Of a stretch of DNA of 64,000 nucleotides, positions 1-8,929 are shown piece by piece (within the stretch, counting starts at the first letter, position 1; the number at the start of each line of letters is the position of its first letter). Location of the stretch: NCBI GenBank assembly GCA_019429125.1, contig JAHYJO010000001.1, positions 64,001 through 128,000 of the forward strand. The letters run 5' to 3'. The position numbers and the translations under genes are program-made. Under the pieces are notes generated by a model. It worked only from the letters and a program-made list of their open reading frames with translations, made no database searches and was not told where the DNA came from. This DNA is from Nanobdellati archaeon (GTDB lineage Archaea; EX4484-52; GLR71).

Positions 1-1069
1 GTATGAGACCGTAGGCCATATCTGTCAACATTATCGCGAAAAATATTGGGAATGCGACGGCGATAAATATTGTGGGGTCAATGCCTTCATATTCTGGAAG
101 GCCGAACCATCTTGTCAATTTTTCAAAAGGTTGCGCAAAATTCGGGTTTTTCAGTTTTATTGGTGGTTCTGTTTTTGGTTTTTGTGTGTATACTACTATG
201 TTTTCTATAGTTTCAAGCTCTTTTATGTTTGTAGTGGGTATCCAGCCTCGTAAGACAAATGTCTTTTCTGTATGGTTCAATAGTTTTTCTTTTGAAAGGC
301 GGGTTTTTATGTTTTCCCATCGCTCTTCGTAGGCTAGGATTTTGTTTTTTTCTTTTTGAATAAGTTTTTCTGATTCTTTTATTTTGAGCGTCTCTTTGTC
401 TATGGTGTCTAGTTCTGTTTTGGTTTCTTTTATGTTATCTTTTATTGTTTTTGTTGCGTCTATTTTTTCAAGATACATGTATTTTTTAATATCAATCCAG
501 ATCTCTTTTTTTGCTATGAATATGATATATTTCGTATCTTCTGTTTCATCTATGACCTTTAGGTCGCAGTTATCTTTTATCTTGTCAAAATCTTTTGTTT
601 TGACTGATGCTATTGAACTTATGTATTTTTTTGTATCTGAAAATGCATTGTCTTTTATGTTGACGTGTGCGAAATGGTTTAAGAAATCTAGTTTTTTTTC
701 TGTTGCATTTTTTTTGTCACTAAATATTTTTTCACTTTCAAGGATGTTTTTTGCATTTTTAAATAGTGGTTCTATGTATATTTTTGATACTGTTGCAAAA
801 GCTATGTCTTCTGTTTCTGGTATTTGTATTATTTTTGTATCTTTTTTAAATATGTTCTTTTTTGTGTCAAGTACTTTTTTAATCGTTCTTATATGGTCAA
901 GATTTATGACTGTCTCGTGTATGAGTTCTTTTGGTGTTTCTAAATTGCCTGTATTTTCCGTTTTGGTCAAGTGTATGGTGCCTAAATGTTGCAATCTTTT
1001 CAAGATATCATCTTTCTCCTTTCGTAGCCCAAGGATGTATATCTCTTCCATCTTTTCGGGTCTGAACAT
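1..1069 (-). CDS. atpI: A/V-type ATP synthase subunit I (partial, runs off window start)
   Basis: Not in ORF track. Minus frame from ATG 1069 reads MFRPEKMEEIYILG... and near the window edge ...GWIP...PEYEGIDPTIFIAVAFPIFFAIMLTDMAYGL, the characteristic subunit I motif. Confidence 0.9.
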   Translation of the reverse strand, partial: MFRPEKMEEIYILGLRKEKDDILKRLQHLGTIHLTKTENTGNLETPKELIHETVINLDHIRTIKKVLDTKKNIFKKDTKIIQIPETEDIAFATVSKIYIEPLFKNAKNILESEKIFSDKKNATEKKLDFLNHFAHVNIKDNAFSDTKKYISSIASVKTKDFDKIKDNCDLKVIDETEDTKYIIFIAKKEIWIDIKKYMYLEKIDATKTIKDNIKETKTELDTIDKETLKIKESEKLIQKEKNKILAYEERWENIKTRLSKEKLLNHTEKTFVLRGWIPTTNIKELETIENIVVYTQKPKTEPPIKLKNPNFAQPFEKLTRWFGLPEYEGIDPTIFIAVAFPIFFAIMLTDMAYGLI

Positions 1070-1074
1070 AAATA

Positions 1075-1398
1075 TCACTTTTTATCTTCTGTGTTAAGGT
1101 ATTTTATTATGAAGGTGAGTAGTTCTTTCTTTTTGTCTTTATAGTTCTCTTCAAGTAGCCTTATGTTTTTGTCTGTCTCCTTGTTCATTGCGTGTATCTC
1201 GTTTTCAACAAGTTTCAATCGTTCTGCCTTTTCTATCTCTATCTTTGTCTTGACAGTTTTTTTGTGCTCTTTAAGTTTTTTTATATTTGTTATCTTTTCA
1301 GATTTCAATCTAAGGTTCCAGCTTTTTTCAAGGAGAGTTATGTTTTTCTCCATTTTATTTTCAGTTTCTGTGATTTTTTCTATGGTGCGCTCTATCAT
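1075..1398 (-). CDS. small coiled-coil protein, probable A-ATPase subunit H (peripheral stalk)
   Basis: 107 aa, charged and helical, directly upstream of atpI as in archaeal ahaH-ahaI operons. Confidence 0.55.
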   Translation of the reverse strand: MIERTIEKITETENKMEKNITLLEKSWNLRLKSEKITNIKKLKEHKKTVKTKIEIEKAERLKLVENEIHAMNKETDKNIRLLEENYKDKKKELLTFIIKYLNTEDKK

Positions 1399-1510
1399 AG
1401 TTCTTATTTTGGTGGCTTGTGTATATATTGGTTAATGGGTTTATTATTTTTGTGCACATCAAGATGGTAACTTATTTATACGCATGTGATAAATATGTGT
1501 TGTGTCTATT

Positions 1511-2242
1511 ATGGCTTTTTACAATGTCATATTTTACAGTGTGCTTGCTGCCATTATTACAGTAGCTTCAGCTGGTATATTTTTGCATTATAAAAAGTGG
1601 ACACGTCAAAATCTTGTATTCCTCATATCTTTTGCATCTGGGTTTTTGCTTTCTGTGGCATTTATTCATCTGATTCCTGAAGCTATTGAACTTGCAGGGA
1701 GCAATTCAATGCTTGTTCTTCTTTCGGGGTTTTTTTTGATATATTTTTTAGAGAAGACTATAATGATTCATTCATGTGTTGAGGCGGGAGAAGAGAAGTG
1801 CGATGTGCATAAGATGGGTATGGGTGCATTGATTGGGCTTTCGCTTCACTCTGTTTTTGACGGGATTGCAATCGGTGCCGGTTTTGAGGTGAGTAACACA
1901 ATTGGTCTAATTGCAGCAATCGGTGTACTGATACATAAGCTTCCTGAAGGTCTTTCGATTATGAGTGTCATGCTTGCGGCAGACTACAAGGAGAAGCAGG
2001 CTATGTTGCGCGTGGTATTGATTGCGTTCGGGACGCCAGTAGGTGCATTGATATCATATTTTTTGCTTGCTGGTATAGTGCCGTTTTTTATTGGTTATGC
2101 ACTTGCGTTCTCTGCCGGGACTTTCATATATATAGCGGCATCAGACCTTATTCCGCAGACACATGACTGCAAAAGCATAAATACGCTTGTCATGTTTGCA
2201 TTTGGGATAATTACATTGTTGTCTGTTATGGTGCTTTTTTGA
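1511..2242 (+). CDS. ZIP family metal (zinc) transporter
   Basis: Multi-TM; motifs HLIPEA, LHSVFDGIAIG, HKLPEG, AGTFIYIAASDLIP. Confidence 0.92.
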   Translation: MAFYNVIFYSVLAAIITVASAGIFLHYKKWTRQNLVFLISFASGFLLSVAFIHLIPEAIELAGSNSMLVLLSGFFLIYFLEKTIMIHSCVEAGEEKCDVHKMGMGALIGLSLHSVFDGIAIGAGFEVSNTIGLIAAIGVLIHKLPEGLSIMSVMLAADYKEKQAMLRVVLIAFGTPVGALISYFLLAGIVPFFIGYALAFSAGTFIYIAASDLIPQTHDCKSINTLVMFAFGIITLLSVMVLF

Positions 2243-2289
2243 GAAATTGAGATGAAAAAACAAGAAAAACTGTATTTATTTTTATTTGT

Positions 2290-2460
2290 CTATTTTATAA
2301 TGCAGTTTGCGGGACAGATATCTATACAGTCGCCACAGTCTATGCATTTTTTTGCGTTAACCACAGGACCTTTGTCACCCTCAACTAAAGCGCCATGTAC
2401 ACATGTGCTGACACAGGCCATGCATTGCATACAATCATCAAGATTTATTTTTACTGCCAT
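2290..2460 (-). CDS. 2x[4Fe-4S] ferredoxin (56 aa, missed by ORF track)
   Basis: MAVKINLDDCMQCMACVSTCVHGALVEGDKGPVVNAKKCIDCGDCIDICPANCIIK*: two CxxCxxCxxxC motifs. Confidence 0.92.
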   Translation of the reverse strand: MAVKINLDDCMQCMACVSTCVHGALVEGDKGPVVNAKKCIDCGDCIDICPANCIIK

Positions 2461-2827
2461 AATATTCACATCTATATTTTTATTTTATTGTTTTTGATTT
2501 ATATTTATTTATTGTTGTGATTTATATATTTTATAGTTTTGATGTTCTTTGATGTTTTGTTCTGTGGGTGTTATTTTTTTGTATTTATTGGTTGTTATTT
2601 GTTATTTATTTTTTTTATTTTTATTTTTATTTTTATTTTTAGAATCGGTATATTTGTCAGATGAACTACTAATAGATGAACCTTAATTCAGATACATTTA
2701 TATCCATTTCGTAATAAATATATTTTCCAATCAATATCCTTTTTAATCTTTCCCTACAAATATCTTTTACTTTTGGAAGTAGTTTGTATTATCTGAAATT
2801 TTATAGATTTTATATATGGTGGATTAG

Positions 2828-4828
2828 ATGGCTGGTAAAAAAAATAATGATTCTGAAGACAAGACACTTTTTGTGAGGACAAGCGATGATGACATAAGGT
2901 CATGGGATAAGATGTTTATTGTTAAGTCACTTGTTGCTGAAGTAGGTATGCCCGAACCTGACGCACTTAAAGTGGCGATTGATGTTGAGTTTTTCATTAA
3001 ACATTCTAATCTTAAATTCGTGTCGGCACCACTTGTCCGTGAGATAACAAATACCAAGCTTCTAGAGCATGGGTATGAGACTTATAGGAAAAGGTATACG
3101 CGTCTCGGTCTGCCACTAAATGACATGACTGATCTTTTTTTCAATAGTAATAAGGAAAATTCAAATGTGCATCATTCTTCTGAAGCTATAAATATGACAA
3201 TATCTGGCATTGCAAAGAAAGAGTATGCGCTTTTAAATGTGTTTTCAGATGATGTTGCGACTGCACATCAGAACGGTACGATTCATCTTCATGATCTTGA
3301 CTTTATTGATAGGCCATACTGTACTGGCAACTCTGTTGAGTACCTTAAAAAGTTCGGGCTTGTCATGGATGGTCGCGGTAACCTTACTGTCGCAAAACCT
3401 GCCAAGCATGCTGAGGTTCTGATACTTCACCTTACAAAGTTTGCGGCTGCGTTACAGGGTCAGTTTGCAGGGGCTATCGGGTGGGATGCAGTCAATCTGT
3501 TCCTTGCACCATACCTTGTGGGGATGAAAGAAGATAAGATTAAACAACTTGCGCAGATGATGATATATGAGTTTGCACAGCAGGCAGTGTCTCGAGGGGG
3601 CCAGGTGACTTTCACTGACACCAATTATTTCTGGGAAGTGCCAAAACATTTTATGGATGTGCCCGCAATAGGTCCCGGCGGTAAATTTACAGGAAACAAT
3701 TATTCTGAGTATGAAGAGGAATCACAGGCGTTTGCAAAAGCTGCATTTGAAGTGTACCTTAAAGGTGATGCATACGGCAGACCATTCTTTTTCCCTAAAC
3801 CGGACCTTCATATAACTGAGAGATTTTTCAAGACGGATAATCATAAGGAGTTCATGGATCTTGCAACTGATGTCGCTACAAAGATGGGTAATACTTATTT
3901 CATATTTGATCGTGGTGATGAAGTTAAGATATCTGAGTGTTGTAGGTTGCAATTCAAGCTTAACGAGACTGATCTTTTGGATGTGAAGCAGCCGTGGAAG
4001 ATGCGTTATTCTGCAATGCAGAACGTGACTGTCAACCTGCCAAGGGCGGCTTATTGTTCTCGTGGCAATGAAGAAGTACTTTTTGAAAAGATTTCCCAGG
4101 CTATGGAACTTGCAGCAAAGGCGCACGTGCAGAAAAAGCAGTTTATAGGTAAGATACTTGCTCTTGGTTCTTCAAGCTCTTTACCTATACTTACTATGAA
4201 TCTTGATGGTGAACCATATTATCGTTTTAATCGTGCGTCATTTTTAGTTGGTATGTTGGGTCTAAATGAGCTGGTGCAGTTCATGACTGGTAAACAGATG
4301 CATGAGACTACTGATGCTTACAAGTATGGGCTTAAGGTAATTGCTTTCATGAGAAAGAAAACGGATGAGTTAGGTAAAAAGTATGGGATACACATGCCAC
4401 TGGAACAGACACCGGCTGAGTCAACTGCATATAGGATGGCAAAACTTGACATGGAACATTATCCTATCCCTACGGCTAAAGTGGTCAAGGGGCAGATGGG
4501 GGTACCTTATATATATTATACCAACTCTACATATTTCAATATTGGTGCACCTATGTCACCTATAGACAGGGTAACAAAGGAAGGAGCATTTCATCCCATG
4601 ATTGATGCGGGCGCAATGACACATGTATGGTTAGGCGAGAGTCAATCTGATCCTCGGTCTCTTACAAATTTTGTTATGAAGACTTTCAAGAATACTCAGA
4701 ATACTCAGATTGCTTTTTCACCTGAGATTACATTCTGTAAGACATGCAACAATAAGATGACAGGGCTTAGAGATAGATGTGACAAGTGCGCAAGTGTCAA
4801 GGTTGAAGGGATAACACAATCTAAGTGA
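2828..4828 (+). CDS. nrdD: class III anaerobic ribonucleoside-triphosphate reductase, C-terminally truncated (no glycyl-radical loop)
   Basis: N-terminal ATP-cone, HLHDLD..RPYC, finger-loop SECCRL, EQTPAES, YYTNS, zinc CxxC...CxxC. Ends VEGITQSK* where RxxGY is expected. Confidence 0.9.
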   Translation: MAGKKNNDSEDKTLFVRTSDDDIRSWDKMFIVKSLVAEVGMPEPDALKVAIDVEFFIKHSNLKFVSAPLVREITNTKLLEHGYETYRKRYTRLGLPLNDMTDLFFNSNKENSNVHHSSEAINMTISGIAKKEYALLNVFSDDVATAHQNGTIHLHDLDFIDRPYCTGNSVEYLKKFGLVMDGRGNLTVAKPAKHAEVLILHLTKFAAALQGQFAGAIGWDAVNLFLAPYLVGMKEDKIKQLAQMMIYEFAQQAVSRGGQVTFTDTNYFWEVPKHFMDVPAIGPGGKFTGNNYSEYEEESQAFAKAAFEVYLKGDAYGRPFFFPKPDLHITERFFKTDNHKEFMDLATDVATKMGNTYFIFDRGDEVKISECCRLQFKLNETDLLDVKQPWKMRYSAMQNVTVNLPRAAYCSRGNEEVLFEKISQAMELAAKAHVQKKQFIGKILALGSSSSLPILTMNLDGEPYYRFNRASFLVGMLGLNELVQFMTGKQMHETTDAYKYGLKVIAFMRKKTDELGKKYGIHMPLEQTPAESTAYRMAKLDMEHYPIPTAKVVKGQMGVPYIYYTNSTYFNIGAPMSPIDRVTKEGAFHPMIDAGAMTHVWLGESQSDPRSLTNFVMKTFKNTQNTQIAFSPEITFCKTCNNKMTGLRDRCDKCASVKVEGITQSK

Positions 4829-4972
4829 TGTCTACTGTTAAAAAACATTATTGGTAAAGTAAAGACTGTGATATATATAATTAAAAACCTAAAATCTTTT
4901 TAAGGTGTGCATGTTATAGATAGTATAATGTAGTATTTTATTTTTATACTAAATTTAAAGAGGTAATATTGT

Positions 4973-5233
4973 ATGGAAATTAAAGTTTTCTGGCAGGCTA
5001 ACTGTCCTAATTGTGCTCCCGCAAAACAGCTTGTCCGTGATGTTGTGGGTATTATGGATATTAAAGTTAGGGAATTGGATATTTCTGATATCAACGGCAT
5101 GAGTGAAGCTGCATTCCATGCTGTTATGGGAACACCGACTACAATTGTTGTTGACTCAAATGATTCTGAGATTGCTTCTTGGAGATCACAGATTCCGTCT
5201 AAAGAGGAGCTTTTGGATGTCATCAGTAACTGA
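4973..5233 (+). CDS. thioredoxin/NrdH-like redoxin
   Basis: CPNC active site and cis-Pro TPT motif; lies between nrdD and nrdG. Confidence 0.85.
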   Translation: MEIKVFWQANCPNCAPAKQLVRDVVGIMDIKVRELDISDINGMSEAAFHAVMGTPTTIVVDSNDSEIASWRSQIPSKEELLDVISN

Positions 5234-5945
5234 AGAGCTTGAGATTTCTGGTTTTTTAGAGACCTCTTTTGTGGACTGGGACGGATTTATAACGTCTGTC
5301 ATTTTTTTACCTGGTTGCAATTTAAGATGTCCGTTCTGTCATAATCATGAGCTTATATTTTCTGATAAAAGTCCAGATGATATGAAGATTAATTCTCAAC
5401 TTGTGCTGGATCATTTAAAATATAAGACTAAATGGATAGATGGGCTTACTGTGACTGGGGGGGAACCTACTTTTCATATGACAACACTCGTTCCTTTTCT
5501 TGAGACTATTAAACAAATGGGTCTTAAGGTCAAGCTTGATACGAATGGTTCTAATCCATATGCGTTAAAAAAACTCATTGATATGAGTCTTGTGGATTAT
5601 TTTGCAATGGATGTAAAAACTAGGCTTAATGACTCTGAATATCATAAGGCTACTGGTGTGGATATATCTGTTGACAAGATACGGGAAAGCATAAGGTTAA
5701 TAATTAATTCTGGGGTAAATCATGAATTCAGGACTACAGTTGTTCCTACTTTAGTTTCTGTTTCGGATTTGGTATCTATTGCAAAAGATCTTAATGGTTG
5801 CAGGTTGTATGTTCTTCAAAAGTTTCATAATGAGAATGCATGGAAAGAACCTTTTAAATCATTGGTATCTTATACTGATGATGAAATGAAAGTTATGGGT
5901 GATGCAATACCTAGGTCTGTGACTGTCAAGCTGAGATTAAGGTGA
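5217..5945 (+). CDS. nrdG: anaerobic RNR activating radical-SAM enzyme
   Basis: GCNLRCPFCHN, TGGEPT, KLDTNG, EFRTT; SD GAGGAG before ATG 5217. Confidence 0.9.
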   Translation: MSSVTEELEISGFLETSFVDWDGFITSVIFLPGCNLRCPFCHNHELIFSDKSPDDMKINSQLVLDHLKYKTKWIDGLTVTGGEPTFHMTTLVPFLETIKQMGLKVKLDTNGSNPYALKKLIDMSLVDYFAMDVKTRLNDSEYHKATGVDISVDKIRESIRLIINSGVNHEFRTTVVPTLVSVSDLVSIAKDLNGCRLYVLQKFHNENAWKEPFKSLVSYTDDEMKVMGDAIPRSVTVKLRLR

Positions 5946-6026
5946 TGTTTTTTGTATTTCTATTTTGTTTTTTGTAATAATTATATATGTCTGTAACTAA
6001 TAAGATATTGTTATAGTTGTTTGCTT

Positions 6027-6578
6027 ATGTATCTGGCGTATATCTTACCATTTATTGAATTGGTTGAAAGTCTGCAGCTGTCTGCAATACTTTCACAGAT
6101 ATATTTTATTATTTCAGTGCCATTTTTTAATTCAGATATATTGTGGACTGTATTTCCTTTGATTACTACAACTATTATAATTGAACTTTATTTCGGGTCG
6201 CATAAAGAAGAGTCTCTCGGGTGGAACAGTGCAACTGCAAATGGTCTTGTGCTTGTCTATGTTGGCATTAATATTGTAAAAGACCTGCTTGATTCGGGTG
6301 CATTTAATACTGATTTGTTGGGGTCTCAGATTGCTTTGGGTATACTTGGTATGGGTGGTCTTTTGGTTTTTGTAAGTTTTTTCCATATATTGCCTAAAGA
6401 GATTGCATTTTTTATATCCTCTGGGCTTGTTGTGCATTACCTTGCATTTTTAGGTGTGGTGTTCATATATACGGGTATTGTATATACTGAATTGACACTT
6501 TATGCAGCTATATTGATATTTGTGGCACTTGTTTTGTTCTTTAATATTGTAAAATATTTTGAGCCTGATTTGGACTGA
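6027..6578 (+). CDS. hypothetical multi-pass membrane protein
   Basis: ~184 aa, about 5-6 hydrophobic segments. Confidence 0.7.
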   Translation: MYLAYILPFIELVESLQLSAILSQIYFIISVPFFNSDILWTVFPLITTTIIIELYFGSHKEESLGWNSATANGLVLVYVGINIVKDLLDSGAFNTDLLGSQIALGILGMGGLLVFVSFFHILPKEIAFFISSGLVVHYLAFLGVVFIYTGIVYTELTLYAAILIFVALVLFFNIVKYFEPDLD

Positions 6579-6882
6579 GAATTAATAGATGTTCTGTACT
6601 TGTTTAGCAAAAAAATAATAGGCATGCTACGACCATTATGATGTAACTTACATACATTATACTTTTTATAAAATCAATAGCTACAGCTTGAAAATGTGTA
6701 GTTAATTTTTGTTAAAAAATATTTACTCCTTTTTTGTAAAATCGATAGCCTGCAAGTAACGTAGAAAATTATAACTTAAAAATATTTCAACAAATAATGA
6801 CCCTATCAAAAAAATCGTAAGCAAGTAAGACAAAATTTAGCTAAACAAGTATGAGGTTCTTATTTATAATTATTAAAAAAAG

Positions 6883-6968
6883 CGTGGGGGACGAGATTTG
6901 AACTCGTGTGAGTCGAAGACTCAGTAACTTAGCAGGCTACCGCCATGGCCGGGCTAGGCGACCCCCAC
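6883..6968 (-). tRNA. tRNA-Ser(GCT)
   Basis: GTGGGGG acceptor stem, anticodon arm GTAGC-CT-GCT-AA-GTTAC, long variable arm, GTTCAAAT T-loop. Confidence 0.93.
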
Positions 6969-7128
6969 AAAAAAATATTTGTTTATCTTTTCTTTTCGAG
7001 GCAAAACTTTAAATTCTTGTTTGATTGAAATATATTTACTGAAACAACAAAACTTAATAAAGATTTATATATAATGTGTTATTAAGTATAATTAGTCAAG
7101 TATAATTAAATTATTATCTGGTGGTCAA

Positions 7129-7413
7129 ATGGTTGTAAACGAGAAAGAAATTAATAGTATCGTAGGTCTTGACACATTTACTGACAAAGGCTTCTATTGC
7201 GGAAAAGTTTCAGATGTGGAACTTGACCTTTCAAAGTTTAGAGTAAGGACAATTGTCATTGATGCCGCAAAAGGCTCATATCTTGCAAGTGTTGTGGGTA
7301 GTAAGAAAGGTGTCAAGGTGCCATTTCAGATGGTTCAGGCAGTAAATGATATTGTTATAATTAAGCATATAAAACATTCAGTACCTGATGATATGCCTGA
7401 TGATGATGAATAA
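7129..7413 (+). CDS. PRC-barrel domain protein (CdpB-like cell-division family)
   Basis: 94 aa; G.DTFTDKG.YCGKVSDV and VPFQMVQAVNDIVII PRC-barrel pattern. Confidence 0.8.
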   Translation: MVVNEKEINSIVGLDTFTDKGFYCGKVSDVELDLSKFRVRTIVIDAAKGSYLASVVGSKKGVKVPFQMVQAVNDIVIIKHIKHSVPDDMPDDDE

Positions 7414-7454
7414 TCTTTTATTATTTTTCTATTTTTTGTGTTTTTAATTTGATT

Positions 7455-7490
<36 letters not shown>

Positions 7491-7513
7491 TTTGATTATA
7501 GTATTAATTTATT

Positions 7514-8341
7514 TTATATTTTTTTTACTACTTTTAAATAGAATTCTTTGTCTTTTGGATGAGTTAGAAGTTCTGAAACTTTTTCTTTTTGTATCCATTT
7601 GGCTTCGGGATTGTGAGGGTCTGTAGGTCTAAGTTTTGTCTGGTCTGTCTCAAAGAGAAATATATGGATTGTTTTTAATTCTGTTGTGTCTACTTCTTTA
7701 GGGTTTTTACCAATTCTGTATCTTTTATAGCTTCCTAGGTCTTTTATCAGTTTAAGCTCGGTTATTCCTGTCTCTTCTTCAATCTCTCTTATGGCAGCTT
7801 GGAGTTTGTCTTCACCGGGTTCTATGTGGCCTTTAGGGAGTGACCAGGAAGTTCCTCTTTGGCTTACTACTACTACTTTGCTGTCGTTTACTACTATTCC
7901 ACCTGCAGTCTCTGTGTTTTTTGTAGGTATCATTTTTTGATTTATAAGTTCTTCCAGTTTTAATATTATTTCATTAATATTTTTTTCATTTCTTGTCAGA
8001 TAATCTGTCTTAACGAAAAAACCATTGTAATTTATTTTGTTCCTAATTAATCTTAATTCATCTAAAAAATATATATCTGATTTCTGAAATTTTGTATTGT
8101 ATGTGTCTCCTATATATTCGATAAGTGCTTTATGTGCGCCGTCACATTTTATTTTGTATCCATCAAGCATAAGAATTGAAGATATAAGTTCTGTTATTAT
8201 TTCATAATATCTTTCTACAATAAGTGAGGGATATTTTGAACTGTTTAGAGTTGACATCATTTCTTGTCTTTTAGTTGCCATGTTCATTAATGATTTGGCC
8301 TTTTCTTTGTCTGGTGTTATCTTAATCAATCTGTTTTTCAT
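7514..8341 (-). CDS. HEPN-like domain fused in frame to a Nudix hydrolase
   Basis: N-terminal ~136 aa HEPN-like (YYE..., H.ALIEY, RNKINY); C-terminal intact Nudix box GHIEPGEDKLQAAIREIEEETGI. Confidence 0.8.
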   Translation of the reverse strand: MKNRLIKITPDKEKAKSLMNMATKRQEMMSTLNSSKYPSLIVERYYEIITELISSILMLDGYKIKCDGAHKALIEYIGDTYNTKFQKSDIYFLDELRLIRNKINYNGFFVKTDYLTRNEKNINEIILKLEELINQKMIPTKNTETAGGIVVNDSKVVVVSQRGTSWSLPKGHIEPGEDKLQAAIREIEEETGITELKLIKDLGSYKRYRIGKNPKEVDTTELKTIHIFLFETDQTKLRPTDPHNPEAKWIQKEKVSELLTHPKDKEFYLKVVKKI

Positions 8342-8880
8342 TAAAACACCTTCAAGTATCCATTTAAGACAATCCCATTTATTATGTTGTTTTTTAGTTC
8401 TTCACTGAGTATTCTGAAATTGTTGCAATAGAATATGTTTATTTTCCTTTTTAATCGTTTTTCATATTTATTTAGGTTAAGTTTGGTTTCTTCGCATAAT
8501 AAGAATAAATTAATATCACTCTCTTTTAGGTCTTCACCTTTTGATGCTGAACCGAATAGGATTATTACGTCGGGCATACATGTATCTTTTAGTAATGTAA
8601 GCAGACCTGAATTTTGAATGTCAAATATCATGTCTATTTTCTTTAGTGATCTGAATTTTTCGTTTTCTCTATTTGCCCAATATACTGGGTATTGATGTAT
8701 TCTGTGTTTTGATTTTATGACTAAATTTTCGGTTATAAGCTCATCTAAATATTTTTTTACAGATGTTGGTGCTATTTTTGAAATTCTGCTTATTTCTCTT
8801 AGTTGGAAACCTGCATCTTTTGGTGCGGGATTATCAAAAAAGACGTTTAAAACAGTCCATCTGTTATATTTTTGTAACAT
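8341..8880 (-). CDS. wHTH-MNT (minimal nucleotidyltransferase) antitoxin-like protein
   Basis: N-terminal HTH (LREISR), FGSASKGE...SDIN; TAATG overlap with the HEPN gene; probable start ATG 8880. Confidence 0.85.
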   Translation of the reverse strand: MLQKYNRWTVLNVFFDNPAPKDAGFQLREISRISKIAPTSVKKYLDELITENLVIKSKHRIHQYPVYWANRENEKFRSLKKIDMIFDIQNSGLLTLLKDTCMPDVIILFGSASKGEDLKESDINLFLLCEETKLNLNKYEKRLKRKINIFYCNNFRILSEELKNNIINGIVLNGYLKVF

Positions 8881-8929
8881 ATGTAATAATATTGTTACAA
8901 TTGTCATATAAATGTTATGGTTGTGTTAA

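Noticed and set aside
72-1470. + strand ORFs 72-332, 384-1097, 1163-1435, 1192-1470 (and similar antisense ORFs throughout, e.g. 16961, 32375, 44311, 62866)
   Set aside because: Shadow ORFs opposite well-supported genes; their F/S/L/I-rich composition is an artefact of A-rich coding strands
4826-4903. TGA read as Gly (code 25-like) to rescue NrdD
   Set aside because: TGA terminates many intact genes here (ZIP, nrdG, truD, hel308), and the read-through QSK*CLLLKNIIGKVK lacks the Arg, Tyr and WN motif
4816-4972. Intron or DNA inversion restoring the nrdD 3' end
   Set aside because: No RxxGY-coding exon on either strand before trx, and no BHB or inverted repeats seen
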